Source of the DNA: Octopus sinensis
Taxonomy: Eukaryota
Reading direction: 5' to 3'
NCBI RefSeq assembly: GCF_006345805.1
Contig: NC_043009.1
Location: forward strand, 9,610,001 to 9,674,000
DNA: 64,000 bases
In this document: one piece after another, positions 12,241-24,957 of the stretch
Numbering within the stretch: the stretch's first letter is position 1
Layout: every line of letters begins with the position of its first letter
Notes under the pieces: generated by a model
The model's input: only the letters and a program-made list of their open reading frames with translations
The model's database searches: none
What the model was told of the DNA's origin: nothing
Program-made: the position numbers and the translations under genes

Positions 12241-12395
12241 AACAACAAACAAGATGAGGACAAATATCCGTCAAATGTAAATGTAAATAATGTAAATAAT
12301 GTACATAATTCCTCATTTCTTAATTATAGAACTGTAATATGCATACAGATATATATATCTGTATATATATATGTGTATATACATATATCTGTGTA

Positions 12396-12430
<35 letters not shown>

Positions 12431-13369
12431 GTATATATAAGCGTAGGAGTGGCTGTGTGGTAAGTATAGGCATAGGTGCTCCAGCATGGCTGCAGTCAAA
12501 AGGACTGAAACAAGTAAAAGAATAAAAGAATGTTTGTGTATGTGTACATTTAGTGTGTATTCTTGTCTTGAGATCATGTGATGGTTGTAAACAAACATTG
12601 TTGTCATACAAATGATGTTGCTTGCTTTCAGTCTCCCATGGAAAACATGTCTGGCCTATTAAAGTGTAACTGTGCTTGGATACAGGTGAAGGCTGGTAAC
12701 AGGAAGGGCATCTAACTGCAGAAAATCTGCCTCACCAAATCCATCTGACACCAGTGGAAGCATGAAAAAATGGGTGTTAAACAATGAAGATTTCATACCT
12801 CATTTTCCAAGCTGACATGAATTGTGTATGTCGACCATATGTACATACTCTCTTTTACTTGTTTCAGTCATTTGACTGCGGCCATGCTGGAGCACCACAT
12901 TTAGTCGAGCAAATCGACCCCGGGACTTATTCTTTGTAAGCCTAGTACTTATTCTATCGGTCTCTTTTGCCAAACCGCTAAATGATGGGGGACATAAACA
13001 CACCAGCATCAGTTGTGAAGCAATGCTAGGGGGACACACACAGACACACACACATACATATATATATACATATATACGACAGGCTTCTTTCAGTTTCCGT
13101 CTACCAAATCCACCCACAAGGCATTGGTCAGCCCGGGGCTATGGCAGAAGACACTTGCCCAAGATGCCACGCAGTGGGACTGAACCCAGAACCATGTGGT
13201 TGGTTAGCAAGCTACTTACCACACAGCCACTCCTACGCCTATGTATTTGTTCATACAATAAAAAATTTAAAAAAAAACAGAAAAAAAAACAAAACAGGAA
13301 GAGAAGCAGACAAGAAAAAAGGAGTCACAAAGTGACAGAAAAGGTAAAAATAGTTGGGGTAAAATATAC

Positions 13370-13523
13370 TTTTTAAAATGAATAGACATGGCGACCAAAT
13401 CAATCCACTGGATCCTTCGTCATTTTCTGCTGACACAGCAAAACTGTATGAATTAACATCTGTATTCATTGACAGATTCTTTGAGGTTTCATTACCATTC
13501 ACATAACTCCAAGTGCAGTTTCT
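13370..13523 (-). CDS. Receptor coding exon 10: FN3 second half (RNCTWSYVNGNETS...YSFAVSAENDEGSSGLIWSPCLFILK)
   Basis: Y-x-F-x-V-S-A-x-N-x-x-G-S-S-G motif; acceptor ctccttcatccag|; weaker donor AAAA|GTATAT; phase 0 to 1. Confidence 0.85.
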
Positions 13524-15454
13524 CTGGATGAAGGAGAAATGGAGAAGAACATCATTTGTCTGTTCAAGAAAAATTAATTTGCTCATCAAGGAAACTTTCT
13601 TTCTTACCTTCTTCAAAATGGGAGATTTTTTTTAATACTTTCAATACCAAACTGCCTGAGGCTAATCCTAGGTCTGTGACACATGTTTTAAAATGATTTA
13701 AATTAAAACCTTTCATCACAATTTCATGTTAATTTATGTCCTAAACAACAGCTTAATAACGACAAAGTTATTTTGCGAAATATTTAATTATTTCCTAAAT
13801 AAATTGATGTAAAATGGTTGTGTATTTCTACAGAAATCATCGTCATCATCGTTTAACGTCTGTTCTCCATGCCAGAAGGCTGCACCAGGCTCCAATCTTG
13901 ATCTGGCAGAGTTTCTACAGCTTGATGCCCTTCCTAACACCAACCACTCCGTGAGTGTAGTGGGTGCTTTTTACGTGCCACCTGCACAGGTGCCAGGTGA
14001 GGCTGGCAACGGCCATGGTCGGATTGGTGCATTTTATGTGCCACTGGCACAGAAGCCAGTCGAGGCGGCACTGGCATCGGCCACAATTCGGAAAATAAAG
14101 TTCACTTTGAAGGCAGAAAACTGGCAGAATCATAAGCAAGCCAGGCAAAATGCTTAGTGGTGCTTTGTCCCTCTTTATGTTCCCAGTTCAAATTCTGCAG
14201 AGATCCACTTGGCCTTTCAGCTTTTCAGGGTCGGTAAAATAAGAACAACACTGAGGTCAATAACATCAACTTATGCTAGGTCAATAACATCAACTTATGC
14301 TATCACCACAAATTACTGACCCTAAAAAAAAATCTTTTTAATCTTTTACTTGTTTCAGTCATTTGACTGTGGCCATGCTGGAGAACTGCCTTTTAGTTGA
14401 GCAACTCGCCCCTAGGACTTATTTGTCGTAAGCCTAGTACTTATTCTATCGGTCTCTATTGCTGAACCGCTAAGTTACGGTGACATAAACACACCAGCAT
14501 TGGTTGTCAAGTGATGGTGGTGGAGACAAACACAGACACACGAACATATACACACACACACACACATATATATATATACACACCTACATACATATATATG
14601 ATAGGCTTTGTTCAGTTTCTGTCTACCAAATCCAATCACAAGGCTTTGGTCAGCTCGAGGCTATAGTAGAAGACTCTTGCCCAAGGTGCCACACAGTAGG
14701 ACTGAACTCAGAACCATGTGGTTGGTAAGCAAGCTACTTACCACACAGCCACTCCTACGCCTACCTTGTGGCAAAATTGAAAGCAATAATGTTCACTTTA
14801 GCTATCCAGTTCTTACATTTCTTCTACTACTACTACAGACACCATTGCTGCTGCTACCATGACCATCACATCAGAAGTCATAATGGACCCTTCAGGTGAA
14901 AGGATAAGTTGTTGATATTTAATACATGCACAAACAAAGGCCAACCCAAATTTTCAAAGGGGAGAAACCTCATATCATCATCATCATCGTTTAACGTCCG
15001 TTCTCCATGCTAGCATGGGTTGGACGGTTCGACCGGGGATCTGGGAAGCCAGAAGGCTGCACCAAGCTCTAGTCTGATCTGGCAGTGTTTCTACAGTTGG
15101 ATGCCCTTCCTAACGCCAACCACTCCGTGAGTGTAGTGGGTGCTTTTTACGTGCCAGGCGAGGCTGGCAACGGCCACGGTCGGATTGGTGCATTTTACGT
15201 GCCACTGTTTTATATTTGATTTTAACTATAAAAAAAAAATAAAATAAAGGGAACAACTTATTCAGGGGGCAAAGCTAAAATTGTAAAGGAAAAGAAATTT
15301 CAGAGCAAAATGAAACAACATGTTTCAGTATGAATGAAGAAAGGAAGAGAAGGAGGAAGGAAAGAAAGAAGGAAGACAAAAAGTAAAGAAAAGGAAATAG
15401 AAAGACATACAAAGGGAAAGAAAGAGAGAGAAAGAAAAAAAGAAAGATACTTAC

Positions 15455-15591
15455 AAAATGATTTTCCTTATCACATCTATAGATTGTGTATCTCGTTACC
15501 CTCATGTGGTTGTCTTTCGGACTTTCCCACTTGATCCACACGGTGGTAGAGTTGAGTACTATTGCTTCAATATTCCGAGGATAATCTGGAA
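15455..15591 (-). CDS. Receptor coding exon 9: FN3 first half (VPDYPRNIEAIVLNSTTVWIKWESPKDN...YTIYRCDKENHF)
   Basis: P-x-x-P-x-N, W-x-x-P and Y motifs; donor |GTAAGT; phase 1 to 0. Confidence 0.9.
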
Positions 15592-15820
15592 CTGTTGCCG
15601 TAGGATTTTCAAAGTTAATTTACAGACAAAATTTAGCAAACAGAAAATCTCATAAAAGAGAAAAGGATTTCATGCACAGATTTTAAATATTAGATTCAAG
15701 TCTCATACCATTGCAAAATAGATTATAACTATACCTATATATATATATAATACACACACACACACATATATATACATTATAAACATACATACAGACATAC
15801 ATATATATATATATATATAG

Positions 15821-15910
<90 letters not shown>

Positions 15911-16424
15911 GGCGCAGGAGTGGCTGTGTGGTAAGTAGCTTGCTAACCAACCACATGGCTCCGGGTTCAGTCCCACTGTGTGGCATCTTGGGCAAGTGTC
16001 TTCTGCTATAGCCCCGGGCCGACCAATGCCTTGTAAGTGGATTTGGTAGACGGAAACTGAAAGAAGCCTGTCGTATATATGTATATATGTGTATGTGTGT
16101 GTGTTTGTGTGTGTGTGTTTGTCCCCCTAGCATTGCTTGACAACCGATGCTGGTGTGTTTACGTCCCCATCACTTAGCGGTTTGGCAAAAGAGACCGATA
16201 GAATAAGTACTGAGCTTACAAAGAATAAGTCCCGGGGTCGATTTGCTCGACTAAAGGTGGTACCCCAGCATGGCCGCAGTCAAATGACTGAGACAAGTAA
16301 AAGAGTATATATATGTGTGTGCACATATACTTATATACATGCAGGATTGTGATGGGAATGAAAACAACCCCTGTTCTTGTGAACCCGGTAATGGGTTGTT
16401 TGGAATTCACCATACATGAAGTGT

Positions 16425-16725
16425 CACTTTGAAAATACGGTTATTCATTCCACCAATACATAAGAGAAAGCTGGAAAAGATACCTGGATGACTGTTTTAT
16501 CATTTGAAAGGAGACCACTGACAAACTTTTGGACTACAAATCAACACTAAATGATACAAATACTAACATTCAATTCACAATGGAATATAACAAAGAACAG
16601 ATCTCATTCTTGGATATCATGATAAAAAATGTCAAGAACCAAATTGTAACTGACATCTATCATAAACCAATGGACTCGAAACAATATCTCCTCTTTAGCT
16701 CATGCCACCCGAAACACATCACAAC
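16425..16725 (+). mobile_element. Penelope-like reverse transcriptase C-terminal fragment
   Basis: WKRYLDDCFII...IQFTME...ISFLDI...TDIYHKP.DSKQYL.FSSCHP is the Penelope RT pattern. Confidence 0.85.
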
Positions 16726-16744
16726 TTAAAAGGGTATATAATCA

Positions 16745-17045
16745 ATATCACCGTGATCACCGTGACCGACCAGGCTATCAGATGCTGGTCACAATGCGTT
16801 TCGCATTGTTTTAGCCTTCAAATGACGCCACCCCGCTGGCTAAGCGAGCAGGCCAACAGAAGAAAGAGTGAGAGTAAGTTGTGGCAAAAGAGTACAACAG
16901 GGATCGCCACCACCCCCTGCCGGAGCCGCGTGGAGCTTTAGGTGTTTTCGCTCAATAAACACTCACAATGCCCGGTCTGGGAATCGAAACTGCGATCCTA
17001 CAACAGCGAGTCCGCTGCCCTAACCACTGGGCCATTGCGCCTCCA
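16745..17045 (-). mobile_element. tRNA-derived SINE family D; related copies near 10470-10745, 47060-47370 and 52440-52730
   Basis: Head gtggaggcgcaatggcccagtggttagggcagcggactc...gtttcgattcccagac with A/B boxes. Confidence 0.75.
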
Positions 17046-17547
17046 CATATTCAATATAGCAAGATTAAAAGAAAATAGAAATATACAATTGACATATTCT
17101 AAATTTAATTTATTAACATTATAATATAATTTTACTATAATATAATGAAATAAAATAAGAATGCAAAAACAAATATTAGTCCTACAAAGTGTTTTGATTC
17201 ACATTCGATAATGAATTTATAAAAAATTCATGTTTCTGGGTATGAATCTTATCAGGGTAATATTTGGAAAAAAAAAAAAATTATATGTAAGGATTGCTAA
17301 ATCATAGAATAGACTGAATTCAGTTTTTATGAATTCATTATTGGGTATGAATCAAAACAACTAGTAGGACTAATATTTGTTTTTGTATTATATTTTATTA
17401 TATTATATTATAGTATAATTATATTACAATGTTAACAAATTTAATTTAAAATATCCTCTCAAGGCTTTGATTAACCAGGGTCTATAGTGGAAGACACTTG
17501 CCAAAAGTATCATGAAGTGGGACTGAATCTATAACCATGTCATTGGG

Positions 17548-17594
<47 letters not shown>

Positions 17595-17614
17595 TATATA
17601 TATATACATATATC

Positions 17615-17648
<34 letters not shown>

Positions 17649-17665
17649 CATATATCTGTGTGTAT

Positions 17666-17713
<48 letters not shown>

Positions 17714-17715
17714 TC

Positions 17716-17772
<57 letters not shown>

Positions 17773-19156
17773 CTGTATGTATAGGCGTACATACCTACAC
17801 ACACACATCACTCTAAGTCACTGGGATATATTTCAACTTCTGAAGGCAACTATTCACTGAAATTTATTGCAGAGGAAAAATTCTCACAAAGATAAAAGGT
17901 AAATTCACAATTATCAGTGCAAATGCCCTCTGTGGGCAGGTTGATATGTATTTCTGGCTCTAATCAATTTTGTATCCATGGTAAACTGCAACATATTTGT
18001 ACTAACCCAGAGTTAGTTTATTTTGCATTAGCATTACTGCTTACACATATACTGTCCATATCTCTTACAAAGATTTTCTAACTTGTTATATATAGAAATG
18101 TAACAGCTGGGATTTACCATAACTACATATTATATAAACAATTAAAATATGTAAGTATAATACCTAGGATTTAACTTAACTACATACAAAACACACACAC
18201 ACATATATATTTACACACATATACAGACAAATATGCACATACGCACACACACAAATGCACACCTCTCAAGCTTCCATACAATTTGTCCATTAAATTTTAC
18301 TCAAGAAACATTGCATATTGTTCTCTTATCTATTCGAGTGAGGTCGTTGCCAGTGCCACTGGACTAGCCCCTGTGCAGGTGGCACATAAAAAACACCATT
18401 TGAGCGTGGCTGTTGCCAGTACTGCCTGACTGGCCCCTGTGCCGGTGGCACGTAAAAGCACTCACTACACTCTAAGAGTGGTTGGCGTTAGGAAGGGCAT
18501 CCAGCTATAGAAACTCTGCCAGATCAAGATTGGAACCTGGTGCAGCCATCCGGTTCGCCAGTCCTCCGTCAAATCATCCAACCCATGCTAGCATGGAAAG
18601 TGAACGTTAAACGATTAAAAAAGCATTGTTCATCTTGAGACTGTAGTAGAAAATCCATCCTTGCCCAAACAAACTGCCTTCCTTTCAGATCAAACCCCAA
18701 ATCTTGTGGTTGTGAAGCATACTTCTTAACCCTAAAGCCATCCCTGCATCTTCTCATAATACCCACACATACACTTATGCACTGGTCTCCGTGCCGGTGG
18801 CACGTAAAAGCACCATCCGTTCGTGTCCGTTGCCAGCCTCGCCTGGCCCCCGTGCTGGTGGCACATAAAAGCACCATCCGTTCATGGCCGTTTGCCAGCT
18901 CCATCTGGCACCTGTGCGGGTGGCACGTAAAAAGCACCCACTACACTCACGGAGTGGTTGGCGTTAGGAAGGGCATCCAGCCGTAGAAACATTGCCAGAT
19001 CAGACTGGGCCTGATGCAGCCTTCTGGCTTCACAGACCCCAGTTGAACCGTCCAACCCATGCTAGCATGGAAAGCAGACGTTAAATGATGATGATGATGA
19101 TGATGATGTGACAATGCAAATGCACAATTTATAAAAATAGAAAATATGTTGCTAAC

Positions 19157-19361
19157 CTTTCGATTTATCACAAATGCGTATAGATGATGGTGGCTTCGAA
19201 TAACCAACAGAGTTCTTAGCCCATATTCTTATATTTTCACAACTGGTTTTGTTTAGTGATAATTCAAGTAACAAATTGTTTTGAAAAGCTGTTAGATTTG
19301 AATTTTTATTTTGAATAAGATATTCAACATTTTCATCACCAAATTCTCTTCTCATTAAGTT
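19157..19361 (-). CDS. Receptor coding exon 8: FN3 second half (NLMRREFGDENVEY...IRIWAKNSVGYSKPPSSIRICDKSK)
   Basis: A-x-N-x-x-G-x-S FN3 C-terminal motif; acceptor ctgtctccacag|, donor AAAG|GTTAGC; phase 0 to 1. Confidence 0.9.
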
Positions 19362-21162
19362 CTGTGGAGACAGAAGAAAATAAATCAAAATGAATTATTT
19401 GTTAAACACTCAAACATACACATAGAGACATATACTCCACCATAATACAAACAAAAGAGACCGATAGAATAAGTACTAGGCTTACAAAGAATAAGTGCTG
19501 GGGTCGATTTCCTCGACTAAAGGCGGTGCTCCAGCATGGCCACAGTCAAATGACTGAAACAAGTAAAAGAGTAAAGAGTAAATCACATGGTCTTACATCA
19601 TTATATCAACACTGTAGATAAGATAAGGCAATCAGCTGATAAAATTGTGAGCATCCCAGGCCTGTGTTTATATTCTGAGTTCAAACATCGCTGGGAACAA
19701 AAACCAGTATTATATCTAAGTTAAGTACAAGGCCACAAATTTTGATAGAAGATATTCAATAAAGATCATCTCAACACTGCCCCAATTCTTACTTTGTATG
19801 TATTTATCAGCCCTCAAAGGGATAAAATGCAGAGTTGACTTCAGTAGGATTTGAACTCAAAACCATATATTATGAAATATTTTGCCTATCATTCTGCTAA
19901 TTCTGCCTTGCAATCACCCTTCACAAGATAATATTGGTATTGTTCTTAATAATACCAAATGCATTTTAGTTTATTTAAGAACAGGATTATTGCTTTTCTA
20001 CATCTTTATTTAACAGAGTTATACAACTCAATTGAAAGTGCAGATGATCTAATAGGAATTACGCAGTTTGTAATGTCACAAATATTGCATTGTGTCTATT
20101 ACTCTTGTTTCAGTCATTTGACTGTGGCCATGCTGGAGCACTGCATTTTAGTCTTTGTAAGCCCAGTACTTATTCTATTGGTCTCTTTTGCCGAACCACT
20201 GAATTACAGGGACGTAAACACACCAGCATCAGCTGTGAAGCGATGTTGGGGGGTACAAGCACAGACACAAATATATATATATATACATATATATGACGGG
20301 CTTCTTTTAGTTTCCGTGTACCAAATCCACTCACAAGGCTTTGGTCGGCCCAAAGCTATAGTAGAAAACACTTGCCCAAGGTGCCATGCAGTGGGACTGA
20401 ACCAGGAACCATGTGGTTGATAAGCAAGCTACTTACCACACAGCCACTCCTGCAGCTGTTGATAATATATCTAAGTTAGAAATGGCCCAGTCCACACTAA
20501 AATGAAAATTTGTACTATAGGGTATAACAAACTCTCACTAAGAAAGAGCAGTAGCACTGTAAAACTAACCAATTTACTGTTCAACACATTATCCTACCAT
20601 TGACCTAAAGAAGATACTCTGTAGCTCACCATTAGACCTATTTCTGATTATGGTATGTTTGTAGAAGGTAATATTGAACAATGCATGTGGTGATTAAGCT
20701 AAGTGAAGTGAGGATGAAAACCAAAGCATGTTGCATGCATTTTGTGGTTCAATTTCATTTTGCTACACAGTTTATATAATATAGTCAAAATCTAGTCTTA
20801 TGAATATATCAGAAGTAACAAAAATTGTAGTGTATATAACCTAAATCCCTTTATCCTTTAACGTTCAGATTATCCTGTTAAATGTAATGCTTATAAATTC
20901 ACATTGTTTTGAATTAGCCATGCATTGCCCCATAGCTTCAAGATTTTGATGATGAGGTAGTTTATTTCTAGAATGACATTGTAGATCCAGCTAATTTAAA
21001 CACTAAAAGGTTAAATTTCACTGGAATTGTTGGTAACCCTGCACAACTCATTTTATTTGACAAAGAAAAAAAAATCTATTCAAATGCTTACATTTTTTTG
21101 TTTGTTTTCTTAGTTTAATCCCCTTCTTTCTATTGTTTCCAGTCATAATTCAGTCTGTATAT

Positions 21163-21565
21163 ACGATGAGGTACGCAAAAGTAACTGGAAACATTCTCTG
21201 TGAGACAAGCCTGTTGTAGTTCAGGCTTCTGCCACTAGAGGTCACTTGATGCAACCCTTAGGCATCAGTCTGCCGAATAGTGACACCATCTGAGGTTGTA
21301 CTGCCACACGGTGCATCTTTGTTTTGCAGTGCTTCTCCCCTGTTCATTGATTTTTGCATTAGCTGATATGAAGGAACAGCGTGCTTCAGTGATATTCTGT
21401 TTTCTACTGGGGCAAACTGCAGCCAAGACAGTTGTCATGCTTCAAACAGCTTACAAGGATGCTGCCATGAATGACACACAAGTTTATGAGTGGTTTTCAT
21501 GCTTTAGAAATGGTTACTTGTCGCTTGAAAACCAACCTTGTTCAGGGCAACTGTTAACCTCCTGA
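21163..21565 (+). mobile_element. Mariner transposase 5' fragment (HTH region)
   Basis: MKEQRASVIFCFLLGQTAAKTVVMLQTAYKDAAMNDTQVYEWFSCFRNG...SG is the mariner N-terminal helix-turn-helix pattern. Confidence 0.8.
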
Positions 21566-22290
21566 ACAGCCTTAAACACGACCTGCAGACCATGGTTTCT
21601 GGGTTATTTCCCTCCATCGGCACAGCATAATCATTAGCTAGAGATGGCAACACTAGACCTTGCTCGAGGTATATACTTTTAAAGTGCCACACAGTCATTG
21701 ATCTCATAAAGAGGAAAACAATTAGTTTTAAATCTGAGTGAGAAATAAGGCTGAGTGGGGACATTAACTCTATTGTCTGAGGTATAAGGACACAGTTGTG
21801 CATCGGTAGCCAGCAGGAAAAGAGGTTTTCCTGGGGTTAAAAAAGGTAGTAATATCGTCCTAATCAGGACTGCCACTTTACGTTAGCAAATAGATTTTAC
21901 TCTGTAGTACTGTTACTACTTACTTCTCAGTCAGAGATTTAAAACTGTTTTCCTCTTTAAGAGATCAGTGGCTGTGAGTCACTTTAAAAGTATGTACCTC
22001 AAGCAAGGCCTAGTGTTACCACCTCCAGCCAATGGTTATCTTGTGCTGATGAAGAGTAATAACCCAGAAACCATAGTTAGCAGGTACTGTTTAAGGCTGA
22101 GTGGGAACACTAGCTCCTTTGTTTGAGGCATAAGGATGCAGGTGTGCATCAGTAGTCAACTGGAAAAGATGTTTTCCTGGGGGTAAAAGACACAGTAACA
22201 TCGTTCTAATCAGGACTGCCACTTTATGTGGGACGATGGATTTTACTTTGTAGTACTGTTACTACTTACTTATTGCTCAGAGATTTAAAA
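21565..22290. mobile_element. Penelope-type pLTR cluster (inverted plus direct repeats)
   Basis: About 21575-21740 is inverted at about 21930-22095; about 21747-21950 repeats directly at about 22093-22290; two hammerhead-like motifs. Confidence 0.6.
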
Positions 22291-22612
22291 CTAATTGTTA
22301 AAAGCACCAACCGATCGTGGCCGATGCCAGACCCTCCCTGGGACCTGTGCAGGTGGCACGTAAAAAGCACCCACTACACTCGCGGAGTGGTTGGCGTTAG
22401 GAAGAGCATCCAGCTGTAGAAACACTGCCAGATCAGACTGGAGCCTGGTGCGGCCCCTGACTTCCCAGACCCCGGTCGAACCGTCCAACCCGTGCTAGCG
22501 TGGAAAACGGACGTTAAACGATGATGATGATGATGATGTTCCCCCCTTCTCTCTCTGTCTATATATATATATTAACATTCATACATGCATACATATATAC
22601 ATATAGGTTTAC

Positions 22613-22695
22613 CTTCCAGAATACTGTGACAGAATTAACATCTGAAATATCTCTTTTGAAACTGCCATTTGTAATTCTTGGTGAGTGTACAGGAA
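22613..22695 (-). CDS. Receptor coding exon 7: FN3 first half (VPVHSPRITNGSFKRDISDVNSVTVFWK)
   Basis: Acceptor gtcttctttgcag|, donor AAG|GTAAAC; phase 1 to 0; not on the ORF track because it is short. Confidence 0.85.
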
Positions 22696-22812
22696 CTGCA
22701 AAGAAGACAACATTAAGGCAAAATAATTAAAAATGTTAAATAATGACTCATAATGGACTTATTTTACACATTTCCCCCTCTAATGCAGTAGTACTAGCAA
22801 CAGTAGTAGTAT

Positions 22813-22845
<33 letters not shown>

Positions 22846-22872
22846 CAGCAGTAGTATTAGCAGCAGCAGCAT

Positions 22873-22904
<32 letters not shown>

Positions 22905-24310
22905 ATGATAGTAGTTCTTTCATTATATTTGTCCCCAAAACCTATTCATACATATAATGAAAGGTATACAGAGGTATATTATTTGAAATTAATCATCATA
23001 ATCATAGTTATATGTCTGACTTCCCATGCTGGCAAGAGTTGGACAGGTTTTCTGAGGCAGCGTCTTACAGCTAGATGCCCTTTCTGTTGTCAGCCCTTTT
23101 AGAAGATTCATGTAACATGCAGGGATGCAGTGTACTTGTTTTAAAATTGGAATACACACAATAACAAAGGTGGACACTATGTATTGAGACATTAATCCCT
23201 CTCTCTCTCTCTCTCTTTCGGAGAGGCACAAGCACTTACACGCACATATACACACACAGCAGTAACTTCCGCCTACCGAATTCATCACAAAGCTTCGGTC
23301 GGCTCGGGGCTATAGCAGAAGACATCTACCCAAAGTGCCATGCAGTGGGACTGAACCCGAAACCATATAGCTAGGAAGCAAGCTCCCTAACCACACAGCC
23401 ATGCCCTTAAAATTTGAAATGACAAAAGATACTTAAAATTAATAAATAAAAGGCACAGGAGTGGCTGTGTGGTAAGTAGCTTGCTAACCAACCACACGGT
23501 TCCGGGTTCAGTCCCACTGCGTGGCATCTTGGGCAAGTGTCTTCTGCTATAGCCCTGGGCCGACCAATGCCTTGTGAGTGGATTTGGTAGACGGAAACTG
23601 AAAGAAGCCTGTCGTATATATGTATATATATATACATCTGTGTGTATGTGTTTGTGTGTCTGTGTTTGTCCCCCAACATCGTTTGACAACCGATGCTGGT
23701 GTGTTTACGTCCCCGTCACCTAGCAGTTCGGCAAAAGAGACTGATAGAATAAGTACCGGGCTTACAAAGAATAAGTCCCGGGGTCGATTTGCTCAACTAA
23801 AGGTGGTGCTCCAGCATGGCCACAGTCAAATGACTGAAACAAGTAAAAGAGTAAAGAGTAAAAGCAAAGCTATAATTAAAGCAAAATACAACCTCTTAGG
23901 TCTAAAATTAATGACTGGTCCTTTTCTCAGGGCCAGGAGACACTTCAACCTCCAACGATTATAGGTACTCTACAAAGTACAGGTCATTTCAATTGTGTCA
24001 TTTTGCACTCTTTGCAGCCACTTGATGTTGAGTTTTTTTCCTTAAGCTATATACATAGCACTTGTGTCGGTGGTACATGAAAAAAACCTTTGAACGAGGT
24101 TGTTGCCAGTACTGCCTGACTGGCCCCCGTGTTGGTGGCATGTAAAAGCACCCACTACACTCTCGGAGTGGTTGGCATTAGGAAGGGCATCCAGCTGTAG
24201 AAACTCTGCCGGATCAAGACTAGAGCCTAGTGCAGCCATCTGTTTCGCCAGTCCTCAGTCAAATAGTCCAACCCATGCTAGCATGGAAAGTGGACGTTAA
24301 ACGATGATGA

Positions 24311-24353
<43 letters not shown>

Positions 24354-24571
24354 TATATATACATACATACATACATGTACACATATAAATACACATACAA
24401 TGAGCTCCTTTTAATTTCTGTCTACCAAATCCACTCACAAGGCTTTGATAGACACAAGGCTATAGTATAAGACATTTTCCCAAAGTGCCATGGAGTAAGA
24501 TGGAACCCAGAACCGTGTGGTTGGGAAGCAAGCTTCTTACCACACAGCCATGCCTGCACCTATATATATAT

Positions 24572-24606
<35 letters not shown>

Positions 24607-24812
24607 ATAGGGTTCTTTTAGTTTCCATCTACCAAATCTACTCACAAGGCCTTGGTTAGTGTAGGGCTTTAGTAGAAGACATTTATCCAAAGTGTCTTGC
24701 AATGAGACTGAACCTGAAACCAGGTAATTGGTAGGCAAATCTCTTAACTATGCAGTCATGCTTTATAAATTTTTGCTTACACCATTTTTGATATTCAAAT
24801 GATAATACTTAC

Positions 24813-24957
24813 CACTTTTATGGGAAATGAATGTTTCAACATACGGTTCACTATATATACCATTTTGCTTGGGTAATGCATAAATTTTAAGTTCATATTT
24901 CGTAAAAGGGTTGAGCTTACAGAAGTAAAACCGTCTTCCTTCGACTGAAAAATTCGA
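24813..24957 (-). CDS. Receptor coding exon 6: second half of the CBM FN3 with WSxWS-equivalent (SNFSV...LNPFTKYELKIYALPKQNGIYSEPYVETFISHKS)
   Basis: L-x-P-x-T-x-Y FN3 motif; acceptor ttttcag|, donor GTG|GTAAGT; phase 0 to 1. Confidence 0.9.
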
